Shown piece after piece: positions 61,701-64,000 of a DNA stretch of 64,000 nt. Made by a program: the position numbers and the translations under genes. This DNA is from Phoronis australis (taxonomy: Eukaryota; Animalia; Phoronida). The stretch is taken from contig NMRA01000138.1 in assembly GCA_002633005.1 (NCBI GenBank), positions 817,986-881,985 on the forward strand, written 5' to 3'. Every line of letters begins with the position of its first letter. Positions within the stretch are counted from its first letter, which is position 1. The notes beneath the pieces were generated by a model. The model saw only the letters and a program-made list of their open reading frames with translations, made no database searches and was not told the origin of the DNA.

Positions 61701-63894
61701 AATAAATAAATTGAGAGAAATGAATTTTATTATTAAGGAGGGTCAATAAAACGATTTGAGTATGGTTGCCTACCTTCTTACAGTGACTTCCATCCAGAAT
61801 AAAATTGACCATGATCGCGAAATTACCTGGTTACCATGGAAACGATACCAAATACAACATAACACCTCTAAATTTCAACAATGAATCAACCCAAGTGCGT
61901 TTGACAAAGGGTTGTCTGATTCAAACGTGTATTTTCTCCCAAACCTAAAATTGATGAGAATTGCAAAGTACCCGGTTACCATGGCAACGGTTCATATTTC
62001 AGCTTGGCAACTCCCCTAAATTTGAAGGGAGGGTTACTACAAATACTTTGAACTTCTAACATGACTTTATCACTAAACTTAAAATTGCTGATTTTGGCCG
62101 ACTTGCCATTTGTTTTGCGTCACAATGATGTTCTGACGCACTTTTACCCACGAATCGCAGTTGAACGTACCGCATTGCCGCACCATTAGGGTCATGGGCT
62201 TCTGTGCGAAACTGTGTGCATACGCCAATATGCGAATCACTTGGATAAAAAGGGCCGCGAAAAAGGTATTAATTGGGATATAAGCTCATGGGCGTAAATC
62301 CACGGCAAAAGTATTTTCCAAATACGCCAAGGAATTCCAAATAATACAGCGACAAACTTGATTAGGAGGCACAGCGGCAGTCAAAACGGGTGAGTCTCTA
62401 TGCGCCTATGCAAGAGACATTACCTGGGCTCATGCGAAACTTGACTCATGCCCCAATATGCGAACTACTTGAGTACGAAAGGAGCGAAAAAGAAAATAAT
62501 TTGGATATAGGCCCAGTTATAGGCAATAGCTACAGACAATTTGACACATTGTACGAAACTCGCACCTCTTGTCAGAGAGTGTAAATGGTTACGGTTCTTG
62601 CCAGAAGAAAATAGAGCTTGTCAAAACTCTATTCGTGCTAGGAGCCAATTTTACCTGTACGAGTGGAACGATATTCGTCTAAATTCCCTGGCGGGTGTTA
62701 CATCAAATTTTGATCCAGGGATAGTTTTCCAACGTTTCTGGGGGATTAAAATTTAGCGTGTAGAATTTTCAACTTGTATAATGTGCCGCCACTGCACTGT
62801 TGAAATCTTGTCAGTTAGTTGAAGTTTCCCTTGAAGGGGGAGGCATTTTTTAATGGTTTCAAACAATTACTTACTAAGTAAACATCAGCAGATGGTTTAG
62901 AGTCAAGGGGTGGCACGAGCTCGGGCGCCATTTCTAAGGGAACGCCAAACGGCTGGAGGACTAGCGAAAATTGTTCGTTGGTGAGAGGATGTGGGCAAAC
63001 GGAGGCTAAGGGAGGTTGCGGAAAATGGCGGTGACACGGGATAGGAGGGACTGAAAATTGAGGAGCTACACCATCGGAGTGTCCGTCCCTGAGACAATCT
63101 CTTGATACGCCAAGTTGGACAAAGCTGACTTTCACATTCGAAATGGGAATGAACCCAAGTTTATCATGCATTCCCGTACGCGGTCACTCGCGTCTCAGGA
63201 ACTTGTCCAACTCTATTGGTTGTCCTGATCGTTATCTTCCAAATTAGATTAGCCCTGAACACACACCACCCCGTTTGTTTCAATCCTGAACATGAGACTT
63301 TTTTGTCAAATCTCCTGTTCTTTGAAATGTAAAAATGATAAAAATTAAAGTGGGATCATTATTACGCGGGTGTGTTTGTTATTTTACTGACTGATCAAGA
63401 CACTTTCAAAACGTAATTTGTCTGTTGAATACTTGGCCGGCCAGGGGTCACTTTTCAGTTCACAAAGTTCATAAAATTTAGCCCCACGTAAAAACAAACC
63501 GGGCTCTTTTTTCAAACGACCCGGTGTCCGTTTTGACCGTTGACCTTTAAGAACATTTTCGGTACCTGTTTTTAGTGCTACAACTGCACAATGAAAGGGA
63601 CATCGTTGTCCATCAAATCTAGGCCATCAAAGGTAAGGACTTGTCCTATGTAATTGAAACAACACACTCCTCAAACAATGCTTTGTTGCAGCCCAGAATT
63701 CGAAACGGTCACTGATAAGGAATGTTCAGCCTTTCATGTGCTGTTTGTGACTTACCTATGGTAGAAATGTAGTTCTCGTGGTAAATTCCAGTGCAAAACC
63801 TGTGCATTAGGCACGTCTTCCCAACACTAATACTCCCTACGATTAGAATCTTGAAAGTATGATCGTTCAACCGTCGATCGTCGACCTTCGCCAT
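52768..63894 (-). CDS. Rab family small GTPase, divergent Rab8/10/13-like, 7 coding exons, 210 aa
   Basis: Exons 63894-63756, 58898-58838, 56779-56719, 55699-55622, 53684-53592, 53192-53079, 52854-52768, all GT-AG and phase-consistent (633 nt). Motifs [57 protein letters not shown]-terminal CGCSV. Internal exon sizes 61/61/78 match my recollection of Rab8/10/13 gene structure. Confidence 0.92.
54746..55473. repeat. about 190-bp direct repeat pair (54746-54933 and 55286-55473) in a Rab intron
   Basis: Both copies read tggcgcttttwattgcccatcttt...cgggacatattccgaacataaac with few substitutions. Confidence 0.85.
58648..58814. mobile_element. short MITE-like inverted repeat with TTAA flanks
   Basis: ttaaagggaaagtcaacgtttttgatgtta ... 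taacaccaaaacgttgacgtttccccttttaa. A second TTAA-AGGA...TCCT-TTAA candidate spans about 58943-59530. Confidence 0.55.
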
Positions 63895-63951
63895 TGTTTC
63901 ACCATCACTCGGTTGTACTTCATGCAACTGTATTTCCCGAGTCGCGTTCAA

Positions 63952-63985
63952 CACGTGATAAGCCGATCATTTGACCGTGACGTCA
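63952..63985 (-). promoter_or_regulatory. E-box (CACGTG) and full CRE (TGACGTCA) upstream of the Rab start codon
   Basis: CACGTG at 63952-63957 and TGACGTCA at 63978-63985, 60-90 nt upstream of the ATG; TSS not known. Confidence 0.35.
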
Positions 63986-64000
63986 TATGAACAAATCTTA

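Noticed and set aside
62815-63171. 118-aa minus-strand ORF in Rab intron 1
   Set aside because: No recognisable domain or splice support; probably part of a decayed repeat.

Overview
Animal (invertebrate-like, AT-rich, intron-rich) genomic DNA with two single-N gaps. Contents: (1) the 5' part of an apparently intact Ty3/Gypsy LTR retrotransposon on the minus strand (LTR 2182-2835, tRNA-His PBS, gag, pol in the -1 frame running off the window); (2) an unidentified candidate multi-exon gene on the minus strand (about 3.1-6.7 kb); (3) a 28-exon PPIP5K/VIP1 inositol-pyrophosphate kinase/phosphatase gene on the plus strand (CDS 10469-49234, about 1238 aa by manual exon reconstruction); (4) a convergent, divergent Rab8/10/13-type GTPase gene on the minus strand (CDS 63894-52768, 210 aa); plus MITEs, minisatellites and a probable haplotype duplication at an N gap. 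Most notable: PPIP5K exon 18 appears to have a paralogous alternative that is split into two pieces wrapped around it (interleaved, frame-locked mutually exclusive splicing), and the likely PPIP5K 3' UTR holds a Penelope fragment flanked by two inverted minimal hammerhead ribozyme motifs, one in mRNA sense. All gene models were built by eye from reading frames and splice phases, with no transcript or database support.
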